Shown here piece by piece: positions 47,841 to 58,770 of a DNA stretch of 64,000 nucleotides. The position numbers were made by a program, and so were the translations under genes. Each line of letters opens with the position of its first letter. Position 1 is the first letter of the stretch. The stretch is from NCBI GenBank assembly GCA_017515325.1, contig JAFWGA010000036.1:20516-84515 (forward strand). The letters run 5' to 3'. The stretch comes from Blautia sp. Its GTDB lineage: Bacteria; Bacillota; Clostridia; Lachnospirales; Lachnospiraceae. Under the pieces are notes generated by a model that searched no databases, was not told the DNA's origin, and saw only the letters and a program-made list of their open reading frames with translations.

Positions 47841-48368
47841 TCACAGATTCTCTGCCGGTATCACGGCATTTTCCCTCAGACTCTTTTGAATATCGATGAT
47901 CCTCTGGTTCTCACTTCCACGGAAAGCCAGGGCAATATTCTTTCTGGCAATCTGGAATTCCCCGTCCACCAGAATATCTGCCAGAGAAAGGATTTTCCGC
48001 GTATAAGGGCCATGGCAGCGATGGTTGGATTCATCCATCAGCTCCTCCCAGGTATAGCCGGAGTAAATCCAGATCGTCTTGCCGGGGAAGGAATCCCGCA
48101 CCTTGCAAAGAAAGGGCAGCAAAGCCTCCTGATTCACGATCTCCATAGGCTCTCCGCCCAGAATGGTAAGACCTGAGATGTAGGATGGCATAAGAGAGGC
48201 AAGGATTTCGTCCTGTGTCTGTTCGGTAAATGGGCTGCCATAGGAAAAATCCCAGGCCTGCTGATTGAAGCATTCAGGGCAATGGTGGGTGCAGCCGCTG
48301 ACAAAAAGAGAGGTCCGGCATCCCAGGCCGTTGGCGATATCGTTAAACTTGATCGCGGCATAGTTCAT
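47841..48368 (-). CDS. nrdG: Anaerobic ribonucleotide reductase activase
   Basis: GCTHHCPECFN, LGGEP, FRGSENQR. Confidence 0.95.
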   Translation of the reverse strand: MNYAAIKFNDIANGLGCRTSLFVSGCTHHCPECFNQQAWDFSYGSPFTEQTQDEILASLMPSYISGLTILGGEPMEIVNQEALLPFLCKVRDSFPGKTIWIYSGYTWEELMDESNHRCHGPYTRKILSLADILVDGEFQIARKNIALAFRGSENQRIIDIQKSLRENAVIPAENL

Positions 48369-48431
48369 AGCTCATCCTCCGGATGTCATTTCGTTCCGCC
48401 TGGATGTGACGGAATTGATTTTGCCGGCAGC

Positions 48432-50621
48432 TTACAGGTGCAGAACTCTGTCCCGAATTTCCTGGGTACGGCCTTGGTTCCAGAACTGGGTCCCGATATA
48501 ACCACAGGTTCTGCGGGCTACGGAAAGAAGATCCTGATCCCGATTGCCGCAGTTGGGACATTCCCAGACCAATTTGCCGGATTCATTCTCCACAATGCGG
48601 ATCTCCCCGTCGTAACCGCAGTTGATGCAATAATCGCTCTTGGTGTTCAGCTCGGCGTACATGATGTTGTCATAGATGAATTTCATGACGGACAGAACGG
48701 CAGGGATATTCTTCTGCATGTCAGGAACCTCCACATAGCTGATTGCTCCGCCTGGAGACAGCTTCTGGAATTCGGATTCGAATTTCAGCTTGGTGAAAGC
48801 GTCGATCTCCTCTGTGACATGGACATGGTAGCTGTTGGTGATGTAATTCTTATCTGTGACGCCCTTGATCTTGCCGAAACGGCGCTGCAGGCATTTGGCA
48901 AAACGATACGTGGTGGACTCCATGGGAGTACCATAGACGGAATAACTGATTTTTTCGGCTTCCTTCCACTCTTTGCACTTGTCATTCAGACGCTGCATGA
49001 CGGCCAGGGCAAATGGCTTGGCTTCCGGATCCGTATGGGACTTTCCGGTCATACGCATGCACATCTCATACAGACCGGCATAGCCGAGTGAAATGGTGGA
49101 GTAGCCGTTATAGAGAAGCGGGTCGATCAGTTCACCCTTTTTCAGACGGGCCAGGGCGCCGTTCTGCCAGAGAATAGGAGCGACGTCTGAGCTGGTACCC
49201 TTAAGACGCTCGTGCCGGCAGCGGAGAGCGCGGTGGCACAGTTCCAGACGCTCATCCAGGATTTCCCAGAAGCGCTCCATATCTCCTTCGGCGCTGCAGG
49301 CGACATCTACGAGATTGATCGTGACAACACCCTGGTTGAACCTTCCGTAGAACTTGTGGCTGCCGTCCGGATTGCGCTGGGAATCCTCCACGGTCAGGAA
49401 GGAACGGCAGCCCATGCAGGTGTAGACTTCTCCGGACTTGAGTTCTCTCTGTACCTTGGCAGAGATATAGTCCGGAACCATGCGTTTAGCGGTACATCTT
49501 GCGGAAAGCTCCGTCAGATACCAGTATTTGGAGTCCTCCGTAATATTGTCCTCATCCAGGACATAGATCAGCTTAGGGAAGGCAGGGGTGATCCAGACGC
49601 CCTTCTCGTTTTTGACGCCCTGCATGCGCTGCCGCAGAACCTCTTCTATGATCATAGCCAGGTCGTCCCTGGTCCGACCCTCCTCCACTTCGTCGAGGTA
49701 CATAAAGACTGTGACGAAGGGTGCCTGTCCGTTGCAGGTCATGAGGGTGATCAGCTGGTACTGAATGGTCTGTATTCCGTTTTTGATCTCCTCCCTCAGA
49801 CGCAGTTCGGTGATCTTGCTGATGATGTCTTCATCCAGGCTTTCACCGGTCTGGGTACGCTCCTCCACCACACTTTGGTGGATCTTTTTCCGGCTGATAT
49901 CCACAAAGGGAGCCAGATGAGCCAGAGAGAAGGACTGGCCGCCGTACTGGTTGCTGGCGACCTGGGCTACGATCTGTGTGGTGACGTTGCAGGCGGTAAA
50001 GAAGCTGTGAGGCTTTTCGATCATCGTTTCACTGATGACAGTACCGTTCTGCAGCATATCCTCCAGATTGATCAGGTCACAGTTGTGCTCTTTCTGAGCA
50101 TAATAATCCATATCATGGAAATGGATGATCCCGGCTTCATGGGCACGGACGACTTCTTCCGGAAGAAGGACACGTTTGGAAAGATCCTTACTGACCTCGC
50201 CGGCCATGTAGTCCCTTTGCGTGGAATTGATAATCGGGTTTTTGTTGGAGTTTTCCTGCTTAACCTCTTCATTGATGTGCTCCAGCAGAGAGAGTATGCC
50301 ATTGTCTGTTGTATTGGACTTGCGAGTGATCTCCCTTTTATAACGGTAGCGGACATACTTTTGGGCGACTTCGTAGCCGCGCATCTCCATAATGCCCGTT
50401 TCCACCATATCCTGAATCTCTTCTACGCTGATTGCTCTCGTGGAGGACTGGATCTGCTGGGTGATAGTATCTGCGATAGCCCGGACCTGATATTCGTTCA
50501 TCTGGTGGATCTTGTCCACCTCGGCATTGGCCTTGCTGATGGCGTTGACGATCTTGACGATATCATAGCTGACTTCTTCCCCATTTCGCTTGATCACTCT
50601 GATCTTTGTCGGGTTCTGCAT
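48432..50621 (-). CDS. nrdD: Anaerobic (class III) ribonucleoside-triphosphate reductase with ATP cone
   Basis: VIKRNG ATP cone, MGCRSF, CxxC pairs, RRTCGY glycyl-radical loop. Confidence 0.97.
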   Translation of the reverse strand: MQNPTKIRVIKRNGEEVSYDIVKIVNAISKANAEVDKIHQMNEYQVRAIADTITQQIQSSTRAISVEEIQDMVETGIMEMRGYEVAQKYVRYRYKREITRKSNTTDNGILSLLEHINEEVKQENSNKNPIINSTQRDYMAGEVSKDLSKRVLLPEEVVRAHEAGIIHFHDMDYYAQKEHNCDLINLEDMLQNGTVISETMIEKPHSFFTACNVTTQIVAQVASNQYGGQSFSLAHLAPFVDISRKKIHQSVVEERTQTGESLDEDIISKITELRLREEIKNGIQTIQYQLITLMTCNGQAPFVTVFMYLDEVEEGRTRDDLAMIIEEVLRQRMQGVKNEKGVWITPAFPKLIYVLDEDNITEDSKYWYLTELSARCTAKRMVPDYISAKVQRELKSGEVYTCMGCRSFLTVEDSQRNPDGSHKFYGRFNQGVVTINLVDVACSAEGDMERFWEILDERLELCHRALRCRHERLKGTSSDVAPILWQNGALARLKKGELIDPLLYNGYSTISLGYAGLYEMCMRMTGKSHTDPEAKPFALAVMQRLNDKCKEWKEAEKISYSVYGTPMESTTYRFAKCLQRRFGKIKGVTDKNYITNSYHVHVTEEIDAFTKLKFESEFQKLSPGGAISYVEVPDMQKNIPAVLSVMKFIYDNIMYAELNTKSDYCINCGYDGEIRIVENESGKLVWECPNCGNRDQDLLSVARRTCGYIGTQFWNQGRTQEIRDRVLHL

Positions 50622-50780
50622 GCTTACCCCTCCCTAAGGCTGGTCCTGTTCGTGAAAGGAAGCTGAGAAAAGGACCTGCAATATATGCTTTACCTGAATG
50701 TTCTGAATCGGAAACCGTTCGGTCATCTATGCTTTCGGGGCTGAGCCTGTGCCGGCTCCGACAGAGCCGGGCCTGGATGA

Positions 50781-50828
50781 TTACTACATCTGGTATGCCC
50801 GAAAGCGATAGACCACTATATTTAGTGG
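50781..50828. promoter_or_regulatory. Tandem NrdR boxes
   Basis: TTACTACATCTGGTAT (50781) and CCACTATATTTAGTGG (50813), 32 bp apart, upstream of nrdD. Confidence 0.75.
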
Positions 50829-50997
50829 TGCAGGGGTTATTCTACACCAGTTTGGCAAAAAAGAAAAGAGGGATAAGAGGAAAAAAAAGACACTGCCGAT
50901 GTGCAAGGGGTCAGATGCCCTGTTTTAGTGCACTCCGGCAGTGAAAAAAAATAAAAATGATTAAATGGTCAAATTGTGACAGACATCATCCTGTCTT

Positions 50998-51612
50998 TTA
51001 TGCCATCATCTGCATCAGGCTTCTGGGAAGAGCGGAAGTCTGTTCTGCCTCTATAGCATCCTCTGCATCCAAGGGAGTAGCCACAAGCTTGGGACCTTCC
51101 TCCTTTTTCATCGATTCGATTTCCTCCTGAGAGGCTTCGAGGGCTGCTTCCGTCTCGGAAAGAGTTGTCTGTGTTTCGGCCAATGCGGTTTCAGTTTCGA
51201 CCAATGCGGTTTCGGTTTCTGCCAGGGCGTTTTCCTTCTCGGAAAGCGTATTCTTTACCTGGGCCAGCTCCTGGGAAGCTGTATCGGCAGTGGCCTGAAC
51301 GGTACTCAGGGTATCCTGAGCCTGGGCAAGATCCGCCTGGAGGGCTTCCAGCCGGGCTGATGCATCGGCAGCTTTTGCCGTGAGTGTTTCAAGCTCTGCG
51401 GCCTTGGCATCGATTTCCTGATGGGCCTCATCCAATTCCTTCTGCACCTTTGTCAGGCTGTCGGAAAGGGAATCTCGTTCGGAAGTAACGGAAGAGAGCT
51501 GCTCATTCACGGCGTCAAGCTCTTCCTGAAGATTCTTGGAATCTGAACCGCAGCCGCCGAGAATAAGGACACCCGCAGCCAGAAGCATGGCAAATGTCAG
51601 TCTTTTTTTCAT
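50998..51612 (-). CDS. Coiled-coil lipoprotein, hypothetical
   Basis: LILGGC lipobox; heptad ALAETET repeats. Confidence 0.75.
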   Translation of the reverse strand: MKKRLTFAMLLAAGVLILGGCGSDSKNLQEELDAVNEQLSSVTSERDSLSDSLTKVQKELDEAHQEIDAKAAELETLTAKAADASARLEALQADLAQAQDTLSTVQATADTASQELAQVKNTLSEKENALAETETALVETETALAETQTTLSETEAALEASQEEIESMKKEEGPKLVATPLDAEDAIEAEQTSALPRSLMQMMA

Positions 51613-51850
51613 ACGATAAACAACCTCCTTTTTTCATCTGTACTGTGCAGAAGAAACGCTTCCATTGCGACGATAGGAGCCGCTTTTTTCTACCGAAACG
51701 ACAAAACAAAAAGTGCCCCATAGTTAGCGATATTATAACATGGCTGCGGTTCAAAATCAAGGAGACAGAAAAAGCAAGATGCGGAGGTGATGGGAAGTAA
51801 CGACGCTTGTTTTTTTGACAGGATAGAGATATAATCCGGAAAGGAAAAAT

Positions 51851-52768
51851 ATGACGTATACCTATGAAGCTTTTGTCTGTGGCATGCTTGAGGAATTAAC
51901 ACAAGCACTTGAGCTTGAGCCTGAGCAGCTCTCCTTTCAGGAAGGGGACACCCCGGGGGAAGACTGCTTTTTCATCTACGGTGGACCGCAAAGAAACCAT
52001 CGGTTCGTTTTAAAAAGCCGGGAGATCTATGATCAGTACGGCAGAGAGTACACCATAAACCAGACAGCTGAGATCATTGCCCAGGACTGCCGCCAGGTAT
52101 GTCGGCTGTCCGGGCCGCATCAGCTTTTCTGGCTGGAGGATTATGAGGCTCTCTGTGGGCATCTGATGATAAAAGCTATGCCCGCTGGCAGTCCCAGGCT
52201 GTCCGGGATCAGACACTGCAAGGAGGGCGACATTGCGTTGGCTCTGTATCTGAGCCTGAACCAGAGCCGGGATCACTGTGCCGGTATTGGGGTGGGCAAC
52301 AGGCTTCTGGACTTCTGGGGAAAGAGCTTTGAAGAAGTGTTTCCGCAGGCTTTGGCCAATACTGCCGCATTGTCACCGCCCAGGATTTTTCGCCTGGAAA
52401 AAATGCTCCAGGACGCGCAATGCGAGGGAGAGGAGTTTATGGGGCTTGCTCAGATCGATATCGGTCCCTGCGGCTTGTGCATCAGTAATCGTGACAAAGT
52501 CAATGGGGCCGTGGTGGTTTTTCTCCCAGGTGTAGCCAGTCAGCTCAGCCAAATTCTGGGAGGAGATTTTTATCTTGCTTTCACCAGTGTGCATGAGGTT
52601 ATGGTACATCCGGCAGCTTCCATCGACCCGGAACAGCTTCAGCAGATCCAGAGGGAGACCATAGAGGAAGCCACCAGGCCGGAGGATTTTTTGACGGACA
52701 GACTTTATGTTTATGAGAAAGAGAATGCAATGATAAGAGTATGGGAGCCGAAAAACCCAACTGTTTAA
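51851..52768 (+). CDS. DUF5688-like protein
   Basis: SNRDKVNGA...GGDFYLAFTSVHEVMVHP...EDFLTDRLYVYE. Confidence 0.65.
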   Translation: MTYTYEAFVCGMLEELTQALELEPEQLSFQEGDTPGEDCFFIYGGPQRNHRFVLKSREIYDQYGREYTINQTAEIIAQDCRQVCRLSGPHQLFWLEDYEALCGHLMIKAMPAGSPRLSGIRHCKEGDIALALYLSLNQSRDHCAGIGVGNRLLDFWGKSFEEVFPQALANTAALSPPRIFRLEKMLQDAQCEGEEFMGLAQIDIGPCGLCISNRDKVNGAVVVFLPGVASQLSQILGGDFYLAFTSVHEVMVHPAASIDPEQLQQIQRETIEEATRPEDFLTDRLYVYEKENAMIRVWEPKNPTV

Positions 52769-52917
52769 TGAAAATGTAATAAATTTGAAATATATAGAAA
52801 TATAATATTTACAAATCCGGAATTATTTGTTATGATATCTTCGTATTTCAAGAGGAAGGCTCGTCCGGCTTTTTACTTGGCCGGATGGGTATAGAATAGG
52901 GAATGTGAGGGATTATC

Positions 52918-54330
52918 ATGAAAAAGATGATTTTCGGATTTTACGGCAGGAAGAGTAAGCCTGTCATCTGGCTGATGGCTCTTGTGCTAATGGGTACAAT
53001 GACCGTCCAGGCAGAATCTTCCCAATCTGATGAACTCGTTCGGACAGCGTCTGAGCCCTGGGATGAGGAGACCCTCCCGCAGGTGCCGGATGTTTCCCTC
53101 GAGGAGGAAAATGAGGAAGGGACAGAGCTCGATGAGATTTGGCAGACCGATCTGACCACGGTGCCGGATGATGAGACAGATCAGACAGAAGAGACGGCAG
53201 CCGAAGAGGAGGGGCTTGCCCAGCTTCAGGACGAGGAGAACCCTGACACAGAAGACGGGTACTGGGAGACTATGCCTGTGGCTGCCCCGGAGGAGTATGC
53301 AGAGGAAGAAGACCCTGCCCCTGAAGCAATGGAAGCGCAGGAGCCTTTGGAAAAGGAAGCGCAAGCCGACAGTGACCCGGGGATCCCGGCAGAAACAAAG
53401 GATTTCGGCGATTTGGCCAGTGTGACCATGGATGGGGATTCCGGAGAGGTACTGCCAAAGGTATTGATGGAGAACCCTGAAGGAAAGAAAGCCGTTGACG
53501 ACGAGGAAAAGGAAGCCGGAGAAAAGAAGGAGGAAGAATCCGGGGAGGATAAAGGGAAAAAGGAGAAAGAGGACTCTGACCAGGAGGAGACCAGGAAGAA
53601 GGAACAGGAATACCTGGCAACCACAAACCAGGTATCCGCAAATGGAATCACGGTTTATGGAAACACTCTTCCGGGTATGGTTTCCCTGCTGGTGGGCAGT
53701 GGAAGCGGCTATTATTTCTCTGTCGCCGAGGGGGCGGACATTTTTCAGTCCTATGATTTCAAGCTTTGGGATACCCTCCTGGATCAGGAGTATTTCCTGC
53801 CGGAAGGAGAGACGGTGACCATTGCCATTCCTGTGCCGGCCGGTTTTGACTATACCGTAGAGCACCTGCTTGCGGGAGGGGGCACAGAAATCATCTCCCC
53901 ACAACTGGTGGGCGGGGTTCTGTATTTTGAGACTTCTTCCTTCAGTTCCTTTGGCATTGCCGGAAGCTATCCTATGGCGACAGGAACGGCTGAAGCTCCG
54001 GAAGAGAATAATGCCGGGGCGGCCCAGCCTACCCAGCAGCATGCCGTGAACGAGCCTGTGGCCACGATTCCCCAGCAGTCCACAACGGCCTCCACACCCC
54101 ATACAGCCAATTCCATCGCCGGTTCGGCATCCTTTAATACGGATACGGCTGTAGCGGAGATTCAGGCGGGATCTGCCACCGTTACACCTCAGGCTCCCAG
54201 CTCACAGGCAAACAGCAAAGGCGCGGTTCAGACCGGGGATGATACCCCCATTCTGCCCTTTGTCCTGATGGGTTTGGCGGCAGTAATCCTTATCGCTCTG
54301 CTGATTTTCCTGAAAAAGAGGAGAAGATAA
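52918..54330 (+). CDS. Acidic cell-wall-anchored protein (sortase substrate, VQTGD)
   Basis: Signal peptide; C-terminal VQTGD, TM helix and KKRRR. Confidence 0.8.
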   Translation: MKKMIFGFYGRKSKPVIWLMALVLMGTMTVQAESSQSDELVRTASEPWDEETLPQVPDVSLEEENEEGTELDEIWQTDLTTVPDDETDQTEETAAEEEGLAQLQDEENPDTEDGYWETMPVAAPEEYAEEEDPAPEAMEAQEPLEKEAQADSDPGIPAETKDFGDLASVTMDGDSGEVLPKVLMENPEGKKAVDDEEKEAGEKKEEESGEDKGKKEKEDSDQEETRKKEQEYLATTNQVSANGITVYGNTLPGMVSLLVGSGSGYYFSVAEGADIFQSYDFKLWDTLLDQEYFLPEGETVTIAIPVPAGFDYTVEHLLAGGGTEIISPQLVGGVLYFETSSFSSFGIAGSYPMATGTAEAPEENNAGAAQPTQQHAVNEPVATIPQQSTTASTPHTANSIAGSASFNTDTAVAEIQAGSATVTPQAPSSQANSKGAVQTGDDTPILPFVLMGLAAVILIALLIFLKKRRR

Positions 54331-54401
54331 AAAAAACCTTTAAAAAAGAAATCTTTTATGATATAATCTTCCGAGATTTTGAAAAAGGAGGAATATGTAT
54401 C

Positions 54402-54542
54402 ATGGAGCACATCAGGACATTAAACACCAAAAGCCTGCAGACTACTGTGAAAAAGGGTGGTTGCGGAGAATGCCAGACATCCTGCCAGTCCGCGTGCAAA
54501 ACTTCCTGCACAGTAGGAAATCAGAGCTGCGAGCACAAATAA
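54402..54542 (+). CDS. scfA: SCIFF six-cysteine ranthipeptide precursor
   Basis: MEHIRTLNTKSLQTTVKKGGCGECQTSCQSACKTSCTVGNQSCEHK; AGGAGG RBS. Below the ORF-track length cutoff. Confidence 0.95.
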   Translation: MEHIRTLNTKSLQTTVKKGGCGECQTSCQSACKTSCTVGNQSCEHK

Positions 54543-54732
54543 GTGTGAAAAAAACCAGGCGGCTGGATGACCTGCCAAGAAGGCACTGTGCAAAAAACTT
54601 TGCGCAGTGCCTTCTTTGATGGCAGGGCTGTCCGGAGAAAACGATTCAGCCCGCCAGGCCAGAGGCTTAAGGGCCTCTCTTTTATGTCCTGCTGGCGGCA
54701 AAGACCGCGCAAGGGAAGGAAACGGAACATTT

Positions 54733-56097
54733 ATGAGTCTTATACATCGCTACCAAAGCAAGGATCTTCGTATCGTGCTGGATATCAACAGCGGCAGTAT
54801 CCATCTCATGGACGAGGTGGCCTATGAGCTGCTTCCCTTTATGGAGGAAGGTTTGTCAGTGGAGGAGACGGTAAGCCGTCTGGCCGGCTCTTATTCCGAG
54901 GACCAGATCCGCTCAGCCTGGTCGGAATGCCGGGACCTGGCAGACTCTCGGATGCTCTTTACCAAGGATATCTATGAACCCGCCATCGACGCTTATACTC
55001 AGAACAGGCAGCCTGTGGTAAAAGCATTGTGCCTTCATATCGCCCATGACTGCAATCTCGCCTGTCGGTACTGCTTTGCGTCGGAGGGAGAGTATCATGG
55101 CGAAAGAGCCCTGATGTCCTTTGAGACAGGAAAGAAGGCTCTGGATTTTCTGGTTGCCAATTCAGGGGCAAGGAAGAACCTGGAGGTGGATTTCTTTGGC
55201 GGTGAGCCGCTGATGAATTGGAAGGTAGTCAAAGAACTGGTCGGTTATGGACGCTCGCTGCAGGAAAGCCATGGCAAGAATTTCCGTTTCACTCTGACGA
55301 CGAACGGGACTCTGCTCAACGACGAGATCATGGATTTCTGCAATCGCGAGATGGGAAACGTTGTCCTGAGTATAGACGGACGCCAGGAGGTTCACGACCG
55401 GATGAGGCCTTTCCGGGGAGGACAGGGAAGCTATGAGAGGATACTTCCGAAATTCCTCCGCTTTGCCGAACTGCGCAATCAGGAAAGGTATTATGTCCGG
55501 GGAACCTTTACCCATTATAATCTGGATTTTTCAAAGGACGTTCTGCATTTGGCGGACCTGGGCTTTAAACAGATTTCCATGGAGCCGGTGGTTGCCCCGG
55601 AGACGGAGGATTACGCCATTCGCAGGGAGGATCTGCCCCGTATCCTGGAGGAATATGATAAGCTGGCAGATGAGATGATCCGCAGAGAAAAGGAAGGCAG
55701 GGGCTTTACCTTCTTCCATTTCATGATCGATCTGACCGGCGGTCCATGTGTCTATAAGAGACTGTCCGGCTGCGGTTCAGGGACAGAATATCTGGCAGTT
55801 ACTCCGGCCGGTGAGCTCTACCCCTGCCATCAGTTCGCAGGAGAAGAGGATTTCCTCATGGGAAATGTGGAGGAAGGGATTCAAAGACCCGACCTGGTTG
55901 AAAAGTTTGGCAGCCTGAATGTGTATACCAGGCCCTCCTGTCAGGATTGCTTTGCCCGTTTTTATTGCAGCGGTGGCTGTGCGGCAAATGCCTTTCATTT
56001 TACAGGGGATCTGAAGGGGAACTATGAGATCGGCTGTCAACTGCAGCGCAAAAGGATCGAATGCGCGATCCGGATCAAAGCTGCCCTGAGTGAGTGA
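54733..56097 (+). CDS. scfB: SCIFF radical SAM/SPASM maturase
   Basis: CNLACRYC, DFFGGEP, GCGSG..YPCHQF, CxxC..CSGGC; adjacent to scfA. Confidence 0.95.
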   Translation: MSLIHRYQSKDLRIVLDINSGSIHLMDEVAYELLPFMEEGLSVEETVSRLAGSYSEDQIRSAWSECRDLADSRMLFTKDIYEPAIDAYTQNRQPVVKALCLHIAHDCNLACRYCFASEGEYHGERALMSFETGKKALDFLVANSGARKNLEVDFFGGEPLMNWKVVKELVGYGRSLQESHGKNFRFTLTTNGTLLNDEIMDFCNREMGNVVLSIDGRQEVHDRMRPFRGGQGSYERILPKFLRFAELRNQERYYVRGTFTHYNLDFSKDVLHLADLGFKQISMEPVVAPETEDYAIRREDLPRILEEYDKLADEMIRREKEGRGFTFFHFMIDLTGGPCVYKRLSGCGSGTEYLAVTPAGELYPCHQFAGEEDFLMGNVEEGIQRPDLVEKFGSLNVYTRPSCQDCFARFYCSGGCAANAFHFTGDLKGNYEIGCQLQRKRIECAIRIKAALSE

Positions 56098-56217
56098 AGT
56101 CACCAGGGACGTATCTGAAGAAAGACAGCAGGCTCCCATAGGCCGCCGGCTGTCTGACAGGCAATAAGAATGGCAGGACAACAAATCTCCTGCAGGAAAT
56201 GAAGAAGGGATAGTATC

Positions 56218-58641
56218 ATGAAGAAAAGAACCGGAGTCGCAGTGCTTATCCTGACTGCGATCATAACAGCATTCCTTATCTATACAGCAGCCGTCGGTAT
56301 CGGTCCGCAGGCTTCAGGAGCAGCAAAGAATATTCACACCGGACTGGATCTGGCCGGCGGTGTCAGTATCACCTATCAGACCGTCGTCGACAATCCCAGC
56401 AGTGAGGATATGAGCGATACTATCTATAAGCTGCAGAAGCGTGTCGAGGGATACAGCACAGAAGCACAGGTATACCAGGAAGGGATAAACCGTATCAATG
56501 TCGAAATCCCCGGTGTGACGGATGCCAATGCTATTCTCGAGGATCTGGGCAAGCCCGGCTCCCTGTGCTTTATTGAGATGCAGGACAGCGAAGGGAATGC
56601 CAACTTTGCCTATGACGCGTCTGCGGAGAGCGGTTATTCCCTGTCCCGCAGCATAGATGAGATCCGGGAAGCCGGTTCTGTCGTGCTGGACGGTACAGAC
56701 GTAGCCGATGCGGCAGGCGGTGCCTATCAGGACCAGACGACAAAGTCCGTCTCCTACCAGGTAGACCTGGTTCTCACCGATGAAGGAAAGACAAAATTCG
56801 GTGATGCGACTACCGCCAATGTCGGCAAGCAGATTGCCATCGTTTATGACAATGAGATTATCAGTGCTCCTCGTGTCAATGAGGCAATCACGGGTGGACG
56901 GGCCCAGATCACAGGCATGTCAGATACCCAGGAAGCTCAGGAGCTGGCTTCCTTCATCCGTATCGGTTCCCTTAGCCTGGAGCTGGAAGAGATGAGATCC
57001 AGCGTCGTGGCAGCCCAGCTTGGTGTGGACGCCATCCGTACCAGCCTGCAGGCAGGCTTCATCGGCCTCATCCTGGTCATGCTGCTGATGATCATTGTTT
57101 ACCTTGTACCGGGCTTTGTCGCCAGCATCTCTCTGGTGCTGTACACGGTTCTTATCCTGATTCTTCTGAACGCCTTTGATATTACCCTTACCCTGCCGGG
57201 TATCGCAGGTATTATCCTTGGCATTGGTATGGCTGTAGATGCCAATGTTATTATTTATGCCCGTATCAAAGAGGAGATCGGCGCAGGCCTTTCTGTCCAC
57301 AATGCTATTGGCAGCGGCTTCTCCAAAGCCTTCTCTGCTATCTTTGACGGCAATATCACTACATTGATCGCTGCGCTGGTTCTGATGTGGCTGGGCTCCG
57401 GTCCGGTTAAGGGTTTTGCCTATACGCTGGCTATGGGTATTGTTCTGTCCATGTTTACGGCGTTGGTGATTTCCCGGCTTCTGATCAAGGCTGTTTATGC
57501 AGTTGGCGCCCGCGATCCCAAGCTTTATGGAAGCACAAGCTACAATAAGACCATTCACTTCCTTGCCAAGAGAAAGGTCTTCTTTATCGTCTCCCTGGTT
57601 ATGATTCTTTCCGGGCCGGTGTTTATGCTGATCCATAAGGGTGTGGACGGAAATATCCTGAATTATAGTCTGGAGTTCTCAGGTGGTACTTCCACGAATG
57701 TCACCATGAATGAAGACATGGAAATGAGAGAGATCGACAATACGGTTACTCCTGTCGTGGAAGGAATCACCGGAGATGCCAACGTACAGATTACCAAGGT
57801 AGTCGGCTCCAACCAGGTTATCATCAAGACCCGGTCTCTGAGCCTGGACGAAAGAGAAGCTTTAAATCAGGCACTGGTGGAAAACTTTGACGTAGATGAA
57901 TCCTTGATCTCCGCCGAGAGCATTTCCTCCACCATCAGTGGAGAGATGAGAAGGGATGCTGTCGTTGCCGTTATCGTGGCAACGATCTTCATGCTGCTGT
58001 ATATCTGGTTCCGCTTTAAGGATATCCGCTTTGCCGGCAGCGCGGTTATTGCCCTGATCCATGACGTACTGGTTGTTTTGGCTTTCTATGCCGTTTCCCG
58101 TACCTCTGTGGGCAATACCTTTATCGCCTGTATGCTGACAATCGTTGGTTATTCCATCAACGCAACCATCGTAATCTTTGATCGTATCCGTGAAAACCTG
58201 CGGCCCAGAATGAATGAAAAGCAGCTGCTGGATACCGTCGAGTCAAGCATTACCCAGACTTTGACCAGAAGTATCTATACCTCTCTGACTACCTTCATTA
58301 TGGTGCTTGTCCTCTTTATTATGGGCGTTTCCTCCATTCGTGAGTTTGCCCTGCCCCTGATGGTAGGTATTATCGTCGGCGGTTATTCCTCCGTGTGTAT
58401 TACCGGTGCCCTCTGGTTTGTGATGCGTACCCGTCTGGGGGCCAAGGCGGAGCAGGTCGCTCCTGCAGCCCAGACAGGCACTGCAAAGAGCGCAGCGCCT
58501 AAGGCCAAGGCAGATGCAGCTGTCGCCACCAGTCAGGAACAGCCGGCAAAGAAGAAAAACCGCAAGAGGGTAGCTGAGCGTCTTGCCGCAGAGGAAGCAA
58601 AACGGCTTGAGGAAGAAGCCAAGGCAGGAAAGAACGAATAG
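56218..58641 (+). CDS. secDF: Protein translocase SecDF fusion
   Basis: GLDLAGG, GMAVDANV, EFSGGT, GYSINATIVIFDRIRE. Confidence 0.95.
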   Translation: MKKRTGVAVLILTAIITAFLIYTAAVGIGPQASGAAKNIHTGLDLAGGVSITYQTVVDNPSSEDMSDTIYKLQKRVEGYSTEAQVYQEGINRINVEIPGVTDANAILEDLGKPGSLCFIEMQDSEGNANFAYDASAESGYSLSRSIDEIREAGSVVLDGTDVADAAGGAYQDQTTKSVSYQVDLVLTDEGKTKFGDATTANVGKQIAIVYDNEIISAPRVNEAITGGRAQITGMSDTQEAQELASFIRIGSLSLELEEMRSSVVAAQLGVDAIRTSLQAGFIGLILVMLLMIIVYLVPGFVASISLVLYTVLILILLNAFDITLTLPGIAGIILGIGMAVDANVIIYARIKEEIGAGLSVHNAIGSGFSKAFSAIFDGNITTLIAALVLMWLGSGPVKGFAYTLAMGIVLSMFTALVISRLLIKAVYAVGARDPKLYGSTSYNKTIHFLAKRKVFFIVSLVMILSGPVFMLIHKGVDGNILNYSLEFSGGTSTNVTMNEDMEMREIDNTVTPVVEGITGDANVQITKVVGSNQVIIKTRSLSLDEREALNQALVENFDVDESLISAESISSTISGEMRRDAVVAVIVATIFMLLYIWFRFKDIRFAGSAVIALIHDVLVVLAFYAVSRTSVGNTFIACMLTIVGYSINATIVIFDRIRENLRPRMNEKQLLDTVESSITQTLTRSIYTSLTTFIMVLVLFIMGVSSIREFALPLMVGIIVGGYSSVCITGALWFVMRTRLGAKAEQVAPAAQTGTAKSAAPKAKADAAVATSQEQPAKKKNRKRVAERLAAEEAKRLEEEAKAGKNE

Positions 58642-58770
58642 GACAAAAGGATTACCTCTATATTTATATAACACGTAACTCTGGGACGGTTCCCACAGGC
58701 TCGCGAAAGAGATCCGTGGAAACCGTCTTCTTTGCTATCGGGAAAAGAAAAGGGAACGATTAGGCACTTT

